NCBI GenBank assembly: GCA_951406725.2
Contig: OX597814.1
Location: 99,696,001-99,760,000, forward strand
DNA length: 64,000 bases
DNA from: Octopus vulgaris
Lineage: Eukaryota
Direction: 5' to 3'
Below, in pieces: positions 12,470 to 29,730 of the stretch. The notes below the pieces were generated by a model. That model saw nothing but the letters and a program-made list of their open reading frames with translations, was not told the origin of the DNA and searched no databases. Numbering within the stretch: position 1 is the stretch's first letter; every line of letters begins with the position of its first letter. The position numbers and the translations under genes were made by a program.

Positions 12470-12575
12470 ACCCCGGTATTTCACTGTTACTTAAATTATC
12501 AAGCCCTAAAGGATGAAAGACAGAGTTAACCTCGGCATAATTTGCACGGAGAACGTAAAGACGGACGAAATACCC
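12470..12575 (-). mobile_element. Meta-domain SINE fragment
   Basis: Reverse complement of GTATTTCGTCCGTCTTTACGTTCT..CCGAGGT..ACT..TCTTTCATCCTTT. Confidence 0.6.
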
Positions 12576-12594
12576 ATAATAATAATAATAATAA

Positions 12595-13033
12595 TACACA
12601 CAGATAGAGAAATTAAGGCCAACAGACCAGATATAGTTGTCAGAGATCATAAAGAAAAAATGCTTTCTAATTGATGTATCAATACCGGCAGATGACAATG
12701 TGTCTCTAAAAGAAATGGAGAAACTCTCAAAATACAAAGACCTGGAAATAGAGGTAACCAGAATGTGGAATCTAAAAACAGAAACAATTCCTATCATAGT
12801 AGGAGCATTAGGCATGATAAAAAAATATTCAGACAAATACATAACAAAAACACCAGGACTTACAAACACATATAACATACAGAAAATTGCACTACTAGGC
12901 ACTGCACACATCCTACGCAGAACACTTTCCATACAATAACCATCAGAGCATCACAACAAATCACAGCACATACCCAAGGCACACAGAGCTGCGCTCGGTA
13001 GTGAAGTGAAAGCACGCTATAAAAATAAAACTA

Positions 13034-13036
<3 letters not shown>
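12595..13036 (+). mobile_element. 5'-truncated R4/Dong-type non-LTR retrotransposon (REL endonuclease end + 3'UTR)
   Basis: Near-identical to 14800-15247. Encodes RPDIVV..IDVSIP..EKLSKYKDL..IPIIVGALG and is flanked by (AAT)n on both sides. Confidence 0.9.
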
Positions 13037-13132
<96 letters not shown>

Positions 13133-13168
13133 AAGAAGAAGAAGAAGAAGAAAAAGAAGAAGAAGAAG
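13037..13168. repeat. Compound (AAT)n(AAG)n tract
   Basis: Direct runs between two LINE copies. Confidence 0.95.
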
Positions 13169-15372
<2,204 letters not shown>

Positions 15373-15373
15373 G

Positions 15374-17085
15374 GTCACACGGACAAAAAATCTTATCAAG
15401 GCTGCTAGTAGGATTGTTGCGGAAAGGATGCGATTGAGAACTACTGAGAACAGAACAGGGATGGATAGAAGAGGAAATAAACAACCTTGGTGGAAAAGGA
15501 GACTTTCAGAAGATATAAACACTTTGAACAGTGTAGTGTCAATACTTTCAGGAAAAGAAATGGTGAACTTAAGAGGGAATGGAAATTTGAAAAAGGAAGA
15601 AGTATGGTGTAGATACAAAAGGCCCTGAAATGTTGTAAGTCAAGAATTGAAGCAGCACGTACTTGCAAATAAAGCAGAGCCAACTATGTTTGAACAACGG
15701 ATTAAGCAAAACCGGCGAAACAAATGTTTAGAACCGACCAAAAAATATTTTATGAAGAGATTGATGATGATAAAAACAGGAAAAATTAGTTCCTGATGCT
15801 AATGAAAGTCGGTTTTTCTGGGATAAGGTATGGAGTAAGCAAGAACGGCATAATATTACTGCTGAATGGCTTTGCAGCCTGAAGCAAACAGTTTCTTGTC
15901 CCCAGCAAGAGACTTTCCACTTCAGAGAGGACAGTATCAGAAATATGAGTAAAAAGATAAGCAATTGGAAAGCAGCAGGTCCTGATGGTGCACAGGGATT
16001 TTCGATAATCATGTGCTGTAGTTGCCATGCATTGAACGCAGAGCAATTTAATTCATTGATGAATGGAGAAGTAAAACCCGGACTGGTTGACAAAAGGACA
16101 AATAGAGTAGTGTCTGAAGGATGCATCAAAATGAAATGTTGCTAACACTTACAGACTAATTTCTTGCCTGCCATTAATGTGGAAATTACTGTCAGGAGGA
16201 ATAGTAGAAGAACGGTACAAATTTCTTGATGAGAACAATATTTTACCGACGGAACAAAAAGGCCGTAGAATGAGATGCAGGGTTACCAAAGATCATTTAT
16301 TGATAGACAACATGGTAAAGTAAGATTGTAAACGACGAACACATTTGGGAATGACCAGGATTGACTATCGCGAAGCTTATGATATGATTCCACATTCGTG
16401 GATCATCGAGTGCTTAGATCTGTTTGGAATTACGCGGAATGTGACGTGTTTCCTGAAGAGAAGTATGGTGGGGTGGATAACTGAACAAACATCATACGGA
16501 AAAAAACTTGGAAACTCCGGGTATCAAAAGAGGGCTTTTCCAGAGAGATAGCTTATCCTCGTTGATTTATGTTCTCTGCATGATGCCCCGAACCTTGGTA
16601 CTTAGGAAAATGAAACTGGGGTACCAACTAAAGAAAAAATCCCAAAGTATCAACCACCGAAAATGAGTCACCGAAAATGAGAATTGCAAAATTCTGTGGG
16701 ATGCAATGATCCAGTGCGATCACCCGACCAGACATCGGAAGCCGGATATTGTTGTGGTGAATAAAACAGAAAGAACATGCATGATAATCAACATAGCATT
16801 CCACAGTAACAACAGGATCAATGTGAAAGAAGAAAAAATAAACAACTATGATGATCTGCAGTGGGAAATACGAATGATGTGGTCAATGAAGAGAATAGAC
16901 GTGATACCAATAGTAATTGGTGCACTTGGAAGCATCAGCACTTAACTACCAATATGGAACTGCAAGAATTCTTCGCAGGGTTTTTGAAGAATAATCAGTA
17001 AACAAGTGTTACCTTAGTCTGCTGGCTGTGGACAGCTGACACTTTCCATCATACCCAGCAAAATAAACTGTGAATTTTAATCACA
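15374..17085 (+). mobile_element. Older, degraded R4/Dong-type element of a different subfamily, with internal deletion
   Basis: Scattered motifs NWKAAGPDG, YRLISCLPLMWKLL, EQKG, IDYREAYDMIPHSWI, RKPDIVVV, IPIVIGALG. Many stops. The sequence jumps from RT to REL at the direct repeat CACCGAAAATGAG (~16655-16681). Ends in (AAC)/(AAT)n. Confidence 0.85.
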
Positions 17086-17122
17086 TGATAATAACAACAA
17101 CAACGACAACAACAACAACAAC

Positions 17123-17213
<91 letters not shown>

Positions 17214-17454
17214 GTAATAATAATAATAATAATTGCTTAACGAAAGCATAAAATATAAACAGAGTACAAATTATAGTTTTTCGATATGTAGACATGAGGA
17301 ACCACGAAGGTGATAGAGAAATGTATATATGTATGGGAATTTTCCATTCTTGGTATCTGCAGTTATAGGCTGTGGCGAGTTATTTAAATTCTAGCCGAGA
17401 CTTTAAATAATTTGGTTTCTTGTTCACTTTTTGACATTTGAATACTTGGATCAC

Positions 17455-17594
17455 TATGTATGTATGTATGTATGTATGTATGTATGTATGTATGTATGTA
17501 TGTATGTATGTATGTATGTATGTATGCATACATGCATGTATGTTTGTATGTATGTATGTATGTATGTATGTATGTATGTATGTATGTATGTATG
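17455..17594. repeat. (TATG)n microsatellite
   Basis: Direct tetranucleotide run. Confidence 0.95.
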
Positions 17595-17789
17595 CCATTA
17601 TACAATCTTATTTCAAAATTTCTTGGAAATAGAGAGAAAGAGCTGGTTTCTAACCTAGATCCAAACCTCTCCATTCGAATTTCGATAACATCAACAGAAT
17701 ATTTTTGCATGTATGTATATGTGAAGTATTAGAGTCAGTGCATGTGCAGATTTGTATATCTTGTTTATATATTTATTCTCATACATATA

Positions 17790-18075
17790 GTTGCATGTCT
17801 AGACATGCTCATATATACCTCAATGATAAACTTCTGAAACGTTTTACAGACCTTTTACAGTTCCAGTGATGATATAGATCTGTAGTCTTCGAATAAGCTT
17901 TCTTCTTTCTGATTTTGAGAAGCCTAATTTCTCAAGATAAGTACTTAGACAGTGTGTTGTATATCCCAGTGCCTCCAGAATGACAAGTAATAATCCTGAA
18001 CTTGTAATTTGGATAGAGTAACCCTAGATTTCTCAATATTTCAGCGTAGGTATTTTATTTTTCGTTCAGTTTATG
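17790..18075 (-). mobile_element. C-terminal fragment of another REL-endonuclease non-LTR element
   Basis: Manual translation EK*NTYAEILRNLGLLYPNYKFRII../VILEALGY resembles the K-x2-Y...PvviGalG end of REL domains. Confidence 0.5.
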
Positions 18076-18979
18076 ATATGTTCTTTATTTAGAGGCAGTT
18101 TTGGTTAAGTGAGCTGTTATTAAAGAATATTTGAGATTGAGAATTCCCTTTCGGTTGATATTGACGAGTATAAGAATACTTGTTTCTGTGTATCGAAATC
18201 TTATGCCCAACTGCATTTAAGAAGGGACAATTCAGATTTCTGTTCTCACATATTTAGGCGAAGTTTGAAGGAGCGCTTGAAGAAAGTTTGCAACTACGTA
18301 TGGACACAGTCATTGAGTTGCGAGCGGGTAGGTTCTTAGAATTAATTGGAGATAGACGGAAAATGACTGAAGGAGAGTCAAAGAAAACGAAGAGTAAGTG
18401 AAGAATGAATGTAATGATACGGAGAAAAAAGAAAATGCTGTAAAGGGAAGAGTAAACTCGTAACTACACAGTTACGGGCTCGATTTAACAGCGTAGAATC
18501 TTCGGTAAGTATCTCTAACCTTATCCTTGAGACTACCGATCTCTTTTAAGTGACATTTCGTAGCTTGACTTATTCAGTTGCTTGGTTTAACACCGCCTTA
18601 TGTCGACTGAATGCAATTTACTCCTAATATTTGGGTCGCGATCCTGGTCTATATATAATATCCACCAGACCCCAGCATGCTAAAGAGGGCCGCATAAGGC
18701 GCCCTATGTTATGTGAATAATGACAAATGAAATTAAGATCAAGGAGTTCAGGTTAAATAAAGAGAAGATACTGAATAGGTGAGATAATATTCATTCATTA
18801 AAGATTAACCATCTGCTAAGAGGAAGATTAGTGAACATATACATGTTAAAAAAATAATGAAGTGCGTGAGTAAGACGTAGGAAAATGAAATAAGGGGATG
18901 GAATATAGATACTATGTGTGTGCTATAAAGTAACAGGTACTTCTCTGGGTGGGTAATGGCCGAAACTGAATATCAGGCT

Positions 18980-19307
18980 GATAATAATGATGATAATGAT
19001 GGTGATAATGATAACGGTGATGATCATGATGATGATGACGGCGACATGGACGACGATGAGAAGGAAGCGATGCAGAATGAAGATGAGGATATGGATGCTG
19101 TTTTGGTTCATGATGATTTGTATGCCTAAGAAAATAAAGGGCATCGTAATAAAGAAGACGAAAGTGCGAAGGAAAGGAATTGTAAAATAATGGACGAAGT
19201 AGAGAGGGCGTGTTAATATCATCATTTTCAGCATCATAATCTTCGTTGTCACTAGCATCCTCCTCCTCCTCCTCCTCATCATCATCATCATCGTCATCTT
19301 CATCATC

Positions 19308-19368
<61 letters not shown>

Positions 19369-19793
19369 CCATCGTAGTCGTCGTCGTCGTCAACATTGTT
19401 CTGAGCGTTATCATCATCATTGTCGTTGTCATTATCAGCATCATCGGCATGAGGGCTGCATCAGGATCATGATGATCATGACGGCAGCAGCCACCACGAC
19501 GAAAGAGAATATTAGAATTGTGCATACATGGGAGAACAACAATCAACTACAAAATCATCAACACACACACACACACACAACAGAAGAAAAATGGCAAGAA
19601 TTACAGCATTACAGCAACAAACGTTAAGAAGAAGAAAAAAAACGAAAACAAAATATAAAGACACACAAAGTTGAACAGCAAGAACAAGAAGAAGAAGAAA
19701 ATAAAACATGCAAAAAAAACAAAAAAACAAAAGAAAAACAAAACGGAAGAATAACAGAGACTAATATTTTAAAACAACGAGTAACCACATGCA

Positions 19794-19824
<31 letters not shown>

Positions 19825-19830
19825 GCAATA
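18980..19830. repeat. Degenerate trinucleotide mosaic (ATG/CAT/CCT/CAG)
   Basis: Low-complexity triplets that give poly-M/H/Q pseudo-ORFs. Confidence 0.8.
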
Positions 19831-20434
19831 GCAGCAGGTTTTTTTGTCACTCTCCTGTATAGATTCAAGAATGATATTTTCTATGTTTGTTTATTTATTT
19901 ATCAACATTTTTCTAATTGGTGTGGGTTGTTAAAAATTCCAGCTGCAAGCATAAATATCTCAACTGCAATGACACTGGGAACTGCTAACTTCGCATTAGT
20001 GTCAAACAGCATCTCTCTATTTGTCTCTGAAAGTTGTGATTAAGCTATACTTTTCATCGCTAGTTAATGTCTGCAGACGCATTGTCGAGCTACACACATT
20101 TGATCTGAACAATACAATACAATACATAAATAAATAAATGAATACATAAATAAATGAATAAAAAGTCGACAAAAAATACACCACAAGCCCAAAAAACATA
20201 TATATATATATAAATATATATATAAAATATTCGCATTTGATGCATAGGTTTCGTAGGAAGGGAGACATTTTGTTTGTGTTAATTTCGGTTTACCTCGTAC
20301 ATACATGTATGTGTGCGCATGTGCTATATACATATATACGTACGCATGTATACATACAAACATACATACATACATATATACATACACACATACATACATA
20401 CATGCATACATACATACATACATACATACATACA

Positions 20435-20468
<34 letters not shown>

Positions 20469-21559
20469 CGTACATACATACATTTTTATATATATATATA
20501 TACATATGCATGCTACTTTTGTTGCTTCGCTATGTTATTATCAAAACTAGTAGTAGCAGTAGTAGTAGCAGCATTAGTATTGGTAGTATTGTTATTGTGG
20601 CTATGATTTTTTTTCTTTTTGTTATTCTGTATGGCAATACATGATGCAATAAAAAATAACTTGATTCTAACTCGTATTTTTTCTATGGAAGTTTTCTGTT
20701 TTTTTCGGACGTTATTGTCTTCCACATTAGAACTTCATCAATCTCTTTTTTTTTTCTGTACACTTTAGCTTTATCTCTCTTCCTTTCTTGCCCTTTTCCT
20801 TCTCCCTCTACCTCCTCTTACTTTCTATCAAAATATTGCCGGTTAATTTTACCTTCCGGCCTTCCTAGGCTAATAAAATAAAGTGTCATTGAAATACTGA
20901 TTTTGATTTCATCGGTTATACCTTCCTCTCCCCCAAAGAGGCCTTGCCACATGCCAATGTGAGAAATACATATATTACCGATAATTATATACGTATATTA
21001 CTTATAATACCAATTTCAACTTTTCACGTTTCAACCATATACACATGATGACACGTGGTACAAGATAACTATAATTCTACGATTTATATCCTATGACAGT
21101 TGTCCCCGTCAAACTATGTTTGTATGCATAAGAGCATGGTTGAGGAATGCATTTAAAAAGTTTACTTCGTAAGATTGTAGTTCCAAGAAAAATCTGCTGC
21201 AAGTTATGAACTGCAAGTGTTTTCCAATATAGCTTCGAGTTGACCAATACCATGTGAATGAAATTTAGAAAATGAAAGCATTCTAGAAGAAATTTGAGCG
21301 CGTATGAGTGTCTGTGTGTGTGTGTAGTGAACGTGTTTTGTGTATATGAATGTATGAATATACATGCATAGATACATACATACTTACAAACACACATATG
21401 TATGCGCGTGTCCTTCCCTTATCTTTTATTGTTTCTTTCAGTTATTGAACTGCAGTCACGCTGGGCCACCGCCATTAAATAGATTTAGCCGGAGACATTG
21501 AGACCAGTACTTCTTTTTTTGTAGTAGAATGTACTGGCACCTTTGGAAAGTGTATTCTG

Positions 21560-21646
21560 CTATAGTCTCCGGCAAACCAAAGTGCGTGGATTCGGTAGAC
21601 GGCAATTGAAATTAACCTGTCGTATATATGTGTGTGAGCGTGTGTG

Positions 21647-21686
<40 letters not shown>

Positions 21687-21845
21687 TCTTTCTGGTTCTG
21701 CCTCCCCTACTGCTTGACAACCTGCGTTGGTGTGTTTACGCCCCCATAAATTAGCAGCTTGGCAAATAAGAATGATAAAATAAGTATCAGGCTTTACAAA
21801 AATAAATAAATAATAAGTAATGGGGTCAATTCGTTGGACTAAAAT
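21560..21845 (+). mobile_element. Diverged SINE of the microsatellite-containing family (see 35853)
   Basis: GGTAGACGG..A.TGAA..(TG)n..GCTTGACAAC..GGTGTGTTTACG..TAAGTA..AGGCTT. Confidence 0.65.
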
Positions 21846-21989
21846 TTACCTCAAATGAGAAAGAACAATGTCAAATTCAGCGGAGTTTGAGCTCAGAATG
21901 TAAAAAAACTGAAAGAAAGGCCACTGAGTCGAAAGTCATACGCACTCTTGTTTTTTTAATTATTTTATTTCAAGAAAAGCAGGAATTGA

Positions 21990-22990
21990 ATGATTATGTT
22001 ATTTTTCGACATAGCTTTTTGCTTTTCGATCGTTTTCTTTTTCAGAGTTACTCAAGCTTCCTTATTCCATCGAAAAGAAGGTTTTCAGCCCGTCACACAG
22101 CCGTTTCTGCACCTCTTCCTGTGCTTCTTTCGCCATAGCAAATCGACGATCTTATAAAGAATGGTTATCCAAAAAGATGATAATCGGAAAGGACGAGATC
22201 TGCAACAATTCGAATCCTAATTTTTCAATGGTCTCGATAGTGTGGACGGCAAGGTGTGGGTGTGCATTGTCATGATTTAACAAGAGACCTCAGCGTTTGG
22301 TGCGAATTGCTGGTTTCAGTTTGTTGGTTAGCATATTACTGTAGACCCCTTTCCCAAATAATATTCTAGTTTAGGCACTTTTGCGTATACCAAAACAGTT
22401 AGCATTAATTTTTTTTTTTTCTGCGGGAGGTTGAGTATTGAATTTCTTTTTCGCTGGCGATACCGATTGTTTCGACTCCATGTTCTGCCTTTTGTTTTTG
22501 GCTCAAAAAGATGGACTCACGCCTCCTCTCCTGCAACCAATCTATCCAAAAACCTTCATGATTGCTCTTATGCACCTTGGTAAGCCCTCTTGGTACCCAT
22601 TTTACACTTTCGTATAAAACCATAACTAATTTGCAGAGAACATGACACCTTAACGATGGTCACTCGTTGGTTTACGAGAACCATCTCTCGAACTTGTTGA
22701 ATCTTCACGTCAGTAGTGGAGATCAATGGGTCTCCGGCCAAACCTCGTGATTCCTGCTTGTCCGGCCATTTAAAAAATTCTCGATCCATTCATAGACACT
22801 TCCACGTGGAAGAGCACTGTTACCTATTCCATTGAAAGTCTGCGATGAATGCCAGCCTCTGCCACACCGTAAGACCAATTAAATCGAATGACTGATATCT
22901 GCCCTTCCTTGGTACTCAACACGTAAAAGAAAACTGGAGCGATCAGGATGAAACCTCGGATACGTAACCAGAGGAGTAACACCATCTTCA
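21990..22990 (-). mobile_element. Degraded Tc1/mariner transposase relic
   Basis: IQQVREMVLVNQRVTI..LQISYG (HTH region) and KWVPRGLT (WVPxxL motif), broken by frameshifts. Confidence 0.75.
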
Positions 22991-24114
22991 ACGCTAGTGA
23001 CTATATATTGTCGTTATACCTTTACATTTCAAGTGCATACGCTAAATGACACTTAGTAAAAGTACACATGTATAGTGTATATAAACTGAGACATTGAGAA
23101 CTCACGTTTAATATGATTTTATATCTAACACGAAAACTGCATTATCCAGTCATGATGTGAATCACTTTGTAGTTAAATAGGTTATCAGTTCTGTCAGTTA
23201 CAAATGTGTCATAATAACCTTAAGCTGTTTTCCTTCATTATCGTTCAAATTTTAGTTTTTACAATATTTTAGTATTTTCCTGCATTCTTATAGTTAAAAA
23301 TGTGATTCACCTTTTCCTACATTTTATACAGTTAAGTCAAATAGTAAATGGTAGTACCCATGATGCATCACATTGTTTTGAGACGCTGAGACTGGAGGGA
23401 GAAAGAGAGAAAATTGTCTTGAAATAAGAACCATGTCCAGTTGCTTACGAAGGTGAAACTCCTCCAGTAGCACACAAGGATCAGCTGGCGGTACTGAAGT
23501 AAGTTTCAAATTAAGTCTCCAACCGTCACACCAAAAAAGTAAATAAACGTAAAAAAATACTGCGAACCGTCCTGTTCGATTCTTACAATTCCGTCAATCC
23601 CTCGCGCTGCAATGATACTTGAATTTTTCGACTCTCTGCAAGAATTAACAACCAAAGATAATCTCAGCCATATTTGAACTCAGAATGTAGTGAATCGGGA
23701 TACCTACAATGAATTTTAGTCACGTATTTCAAAGTCTGTATACGAATTAACACTATCGTAATTTTACATGAACTAGCATTGAAACTGAAATAAAAAGCGA
23801 TTTAATTTCAAAAGCTAAACTCATCCAACTCTAAATAAGTAACACACAATGCACTTCACCCTGTTCCAGGAATCAGGAACACTTGATAATGGATTCATTA
23901 TTACATTACTGAATTGAAATACTGCAGAAACTATTAAAACATTGAAAACTGGACGTAGGAAATTACTGGTCGATATTAATTTCTTTCCAATAGATGAAAT
24001 ACCTTGTTAACAACCGAGGAATTTTAAGTCAAAATCTAGATGAACGAGACAACCTAGGATCATATATTTGCAGCACACAATCAAGTAGAATCAGTATTAC
24101 CAAAATCTGAAATC

Positions 24115-24470
<356 letters not shown>

Positions 24471-24815
24471 GACACTGTGGAGTATTTTTGAAACAATCAA
24501 TCAATCAAAATCAAAGTTGATAACGCATTTCAAGACCGTTTTACCATCTGGAATATTCCATCCGCTACCAAACTAATAGTATTGACCTAAATCTATCATT
24601 GAAGTTTTATTTTCTTTTACATTCTCATATTTATGTTTTTCAAAGGTTTTCGGATTAATCATGCCTACAGGTTTAAACAGTATTACGATAGCTGGCTTAA
24701 TGTGACTTTTCTGTTTACTTTAAGAATTTTGTCTAAATATCGCACTTCATCCCTGTCTAAACATAGCCGGGATTTGAGACACACACACACACTCACACAC
24801 ACATACATCTACGTG

Positions 24816-24872
<57 letters not shown>

Positions 24873-24955
24873 TTACATATATATATGTATGTATATGCAT
24901 TTGTGTGTGTATATGTACATATATATATGTCTATACAAATATATATGTGTATATA

Positions 24956-25021
<66 letters not shown>

Positions 25022-25390
25022 TTTGCATTGTTTGTGTGCATGTATGCAAGCGTTTGTGTACGCACGTGTGTCTGTCACAGTTGTGCATTCAAATGCTTGC
25101 TTGAATGTATGTGTTTGAAATATATTTAAGTGCCATAATTCAGAGAAAAAAGTTGTCAGAATATTAGAAAGAATTTAGAATTTCTATCATTACCGAAAAA
25201 AAAAAAAAAAGAAGAAGGCGATTTCTTGTTTATTTCTGAATCCGGTTAACTAATTCTCTATCCTTATTAATTAGGTATCAGCGTCCGACTTATTGATAAC
25301 ACTACTTTTCGACTAGGCTAAGGGATTAGACGTATCACTGACTTTATAGCACTAGACTGAATTAATTACGGTATATATCTTTGTCTCGAA

Positions 25391-25710
25391 GGCGTGTGGC
25401 TTAGAGGTTAGGGTATTCGCCTCACGATCGTATGTTTGTGAGTTCAATTCCAGGCGACATGTTGTGTCCTTGAGCAAGACACTTTATTTCATGTTGCTCC
25501 TGTCTACTAACCTGGTACAAATGAATAATACCTGTATTTCAAAGGAGTCAGTATTGTCATTCCGTTTCACACTGAATCTTCTTCAGAACAACGTTTAGGA
25601 TACACGTGTCTGTGGAGTACTCAGCCATTTGCACGTTAATTTCACGAGCAAGCTGTTCCGTTGATTGGGTCAATCGGAGTCCTCGTCGTCGTAACCGACG
25701 GAATGCCAGT
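25391..25710 (+). mobile_element. tRNA-derived SINE with CORE-like domain
   Basis: A-box TGGCTTAGAGG, B-box GAGTTCAATTCC, CORE-like GTGTCCTTGAGCAAGACACTT. The tail is shared with 48080-48290 on the opposite strand. Confidence 0.8.
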
Positions 25711-26190
25711 TATAGTTTTGTCGTTCTTTTTTGCTGAGTAATTAAAAAGCATTTGCACTCCCGTTTCTTCAAGGTCACAATAAAATCTATCAGCGGCACC
25801 ATAATGTTCCTACAATTTAAATGAGGAACCGTGTGTATGTTTGTTCGGTATAACAGAAATAACAGTTTAACTGCCATCGGGTCACATATTCAAAAGGAAT
25901 GTTATATGACATGGTCTTTCGTATCCTTAAAATGATGTTATAAGCAGGGATCGTTCGGCTTTTGTTTGGTTGATTGCAGATGACCTGGACCTCAACATTT
26001 GGACCAATAGTATCTATTGATACTAACCAATCCCATCAAAATTAATGGCCTTGTGTTTGTGTGTGTGCATGCATGCATGCATACACACACACACATGAAA
26101 AAACACACAGACACACACACACGCACAAACGCACGTGCGCAGACACGCAGACACAGACACAGATACAGACACACACACACACATACACAC

Positions 26191-26540
26191 ACACAAGGTG
26201 CATTTTAGAAGTTTTGAAACTTTTTTTCCGGGGAGTCAGTTATTAATTTCAAACAAGTACAAAAGCCTAGTTTCCTTCAAAGTAGGATCCTTCTACTTCA
26301 ACGCACTCTTTGTAGAACCCCATCCGCTTCGTAAGAATCCCGTGCCAGTTTTCTAATGCTTGGGTGTCCAAAACCCTTGTCATTGCCTCCTTCAGCATCT
26401 TCAACTTGCAGAACCACCTCAAGTGGCAAGCAGCAAGGTTTGGATGTAGGGCTGGTGAAGGACAGCTTTGTTGTTCATCTGTGTCAAGTAGATGGCTACC
26501 AGGATGGAATTCTGGATATGTGCATTGCCCTGGTGTACAA
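26191..26540 (-). mobile_element. Mariner 3' fragment with terminal inverted repeat
   Basis: Encodes ..FYKECVEVEGSYFEG (mariner C-terminus). The end ACAAGGTGCATTTTAGAAGTTTTGAAA matches the reverse complement of ~51555-51582. Confidence 0.65.
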
Positions 26541-26657
26541 TCCTGAACTCCCTGAAAGCCTCTTTTATATATATAAAAAATTAAATATACATATATAAAC
26601 ATGCACATATGTTAATATATATATGCATATATATACATATACAGGTATGTACATATA

Positions 26658-26695
<38 letters not shown>

Positions 26696-28419
26696 TACAC
26701 ACACACTGAGATACACACATAAATACATATAGAAATTTTCCATATTAAACTTTTCATGAACTTATCTTTAGAATGAATTCGATCTCAGATGCTTCGTTAC
26801 TAAATAACATTTCATTATTTCCCCTCGTTTGCTCATCGTCTGACCGCATCTTTCTTATTCCATGCGTGTTCATACTGTTTAAAACCACACCTCAGGTCCA
26901 TTTGATAATTCAGAGCAAATTAATACATTTGGTCTTTATTGATCTTTTAATTGTCCATGATCTTTTATTTCTGCACGCCAGAAATATCATACACATCCTT
27001 CTCTTGTCCGCCATTGAGGTTTATTCTTTTCCATATTCACTCAACGCTTATGTGATCTTGTATACATATCATGTTGGCCCAAGGAGCAATATACTCCAAC
27101 CTTCATAAAATAAATATACCCTTCATCCTATCAATAAATGCCAATGATTTATTTCTTTATTTCTTTTATTTATTCCTTTCGGTTTCTTTCGGTTTCTTTT
27201 GGTCACTGAAAGTTTTTCGCTGCCTTTTTTTTATATTTGTTTTTCTCGATAGCATAGGCTTAATACCTACTTTACACTTAAGTAGCTCTTAACCCATCCT
27301 CAAGTCAAAAATTCAACTGACCATGGTGTTTATGCTGCTGCATAAAAATAAGAAAGCAATCCTTAGCAAGACCGCTTACATTTTTGACCATTTACCCATT
27401 AAAGCCGCTCGACTGCTTCATTTATTTACTACCTACCTCTAACAGCAAAGCATCAAGTCCTTAAGCATTACCATTTAATATCTCCAACACTTCTAAATGT
27501 CCATCACTTAATGTCCCTTATTTTCACATCTAACAGTTTATTTTTTGTTTCTTTTATTTCATTCACTCTTAGTTTACTCATAAACTGGCATTCTTTTTGT
27601 TGTTTCGTCTTTCTCATCCCCTTTTTCTTTTCGCCCTTACTACAGATATTTCCTTTATATATATATATATATATATGTTTGTATTTGTTAATCCTCATTC
27701 TTCCTAGGATCAAACAGCTTTGTCCTTTCAACCGTGAAACCTTGTAGTATTTGATTCGGATAATCTAACTTCCCTATCATCAATGTGGTATTCGTGAGGA
27801 GGCATGTTTTGCATATATTCCGCATGGCTACATCCTCACATATATTTACTGAAACAAGCGTTCTAGGACGCCGCTTCTCCGCATTTTTGTATTTATTTAC
27901 TCAGTTACTTATTCTTTATCCCGATATCATTTCTCCATTCATGAATTCATTTATATTTATATATTTATATATATTCATATATATTTATATTTATATACAT
28001 TGATATGTGAAAAATATCTTGTACTGGCAAATATTTATTTTCAAAATATACAATGTATTTATTGTATGGATTATGTTTTCAATAATTAGCATATATATTA
28101 CATGAAGATAATACAGATATCATTACAAGTAAGGTAGCTTTTCAGGCAACTTTTGCCATCTAAAACGTATTTTTCAATCCAACATTTACATGCCGTTATT
28201 CATAGTTTATATATATATTTTGAGATTCAATTTCCAATAATAATGATAATGATATACATATAAGTATATGTATGCATACACACAAATACACACACACGCA
28301 CACACACGCACACACATACGCATGCATGCATATATATGTGTATGTGTATGTATGTATGTATGTATCTATGTATGTATATATATATGTATGTGTGTGTGTG
28401 AGATGTGTGTGTGTGTGTA

Positions 28420-29645
28420 TTGGGTCGTCCCATCAATAATGGTTTTTTTGTACTTCGATTTTTCAAAATTAAGATAAACAAAGTTCTTTTTTAATCTAAA
28501 ATATACTCTTCTTCATTTCAACAATGCTTTTCCATCTATCTGGTAGACTTGGAAGGCCTCTCTTCCAAAATTCATTTGTCCGAGACCAAAAATACTCCTC
28601 CAGTACTGTTGTGACCTCGTCTACAGAACGCTTATTGTTTCATCGAAACAATTTTGAAGACTGCAGAATAAATGATTATCTGATGGGGCAAATATGTTGT
28701 GTGGGGCATCGTTTTCCATTCAGACTGTATGTCGCTGAGCATTATCCTGATAGACGAGCATCTTTCGTTTTGAAACCATTGAAACCAATGGTCGTTTTTC
28801 TGCTCGCATTAGCCCTCCTTCGTTATCGCTTGATTTATTTGGGGTTTAAAAGTTCAAAGCGAACTAAACCGTTGATATCCCATCAAACATATAACAGTTA
28901 TGTAGGTGAAGACCTTCGTTAGCTTGGGGTACCAGTGTTTCTCCTTTCCCTACCCACTGTCTTCGGCGCCCCACATTTTCATAGAGAACACCTTTCTCGT
29001 CACCAGTCACTATTCGGTCCAAAAGAGGTTCATTCGTGAGAAACGACAGCAAAGAAGAGCACACATACAGTCTCTGCTCGCGATTTGACTCGGAAATTTT
29101 GTGAGGAATCCATTGGCCTAATTTGCTGACTTTTCCAATGGCATGCATGTGTCGATGAATGGCTGAATGACCGAATTCAAGCTTCTTTGCTAGTTCCTCA
29201 ACACTTACGATGGGATTTTGTTCCACCAGAGTCGTCCTGCAGGACATCCTCATCGAACGCTAAAGATCTTCCAGGACAAGTCTCGTCTTCTATGCTGTCG
29301 TCTCTGGCTCTGAATTTCTGGAACCACCGTTGACACTGGCTTACACTTATTGTCGGATCTTCATATAGTGCATTAATATTCCCCGCACATTCCATTGCGT
29401 TGTTGCTTTTATTGAACTCATAAAGCAAAATATTCCGAATATGTTCCTTTGTCGCCTTCATTACCGCTTTGAATAAACAACTGTTAAAATCGAACTGCAC
29501 TCTTCAAAAGTTGCACTAAGAATAAGTGTAAGAAATAGATAAAATTACTACCTGCTTTTATAGGCAATTTATGCTGGTAGTTTATCCCGCCCCCCTCCGA
29601 CTTTTAGTTCATGCAAGTGAACAAACCGCATTATTTATTTATGAT

Positions 29646-29649
<4 letters not shown>
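28420..29649 (-). mobile_element. Near full-length decayed mariner transposon
   Basis: HIRNILLYEF..CQRWFQKFR..DETCPGR (HTH), WIPHKI, RIVTGDEK. Imperfect TIRs TTGGGTCGTCCCATCAATAATG / CATTATTTATTTATGATCCTA with TA flanks. Contains frameshifts and a deletion. Confidence 0.88.

Positions 29650-29729
<80 letters not shown>

Positions 29730-29730
<1 letters not shown>

Noticed and set aside
18980-19450. Fold-back between ATG-rich and CAT-rich tracts
   Set aside because: Complementarity comes only from low-complexity triplets, with no unique inverted sequence.
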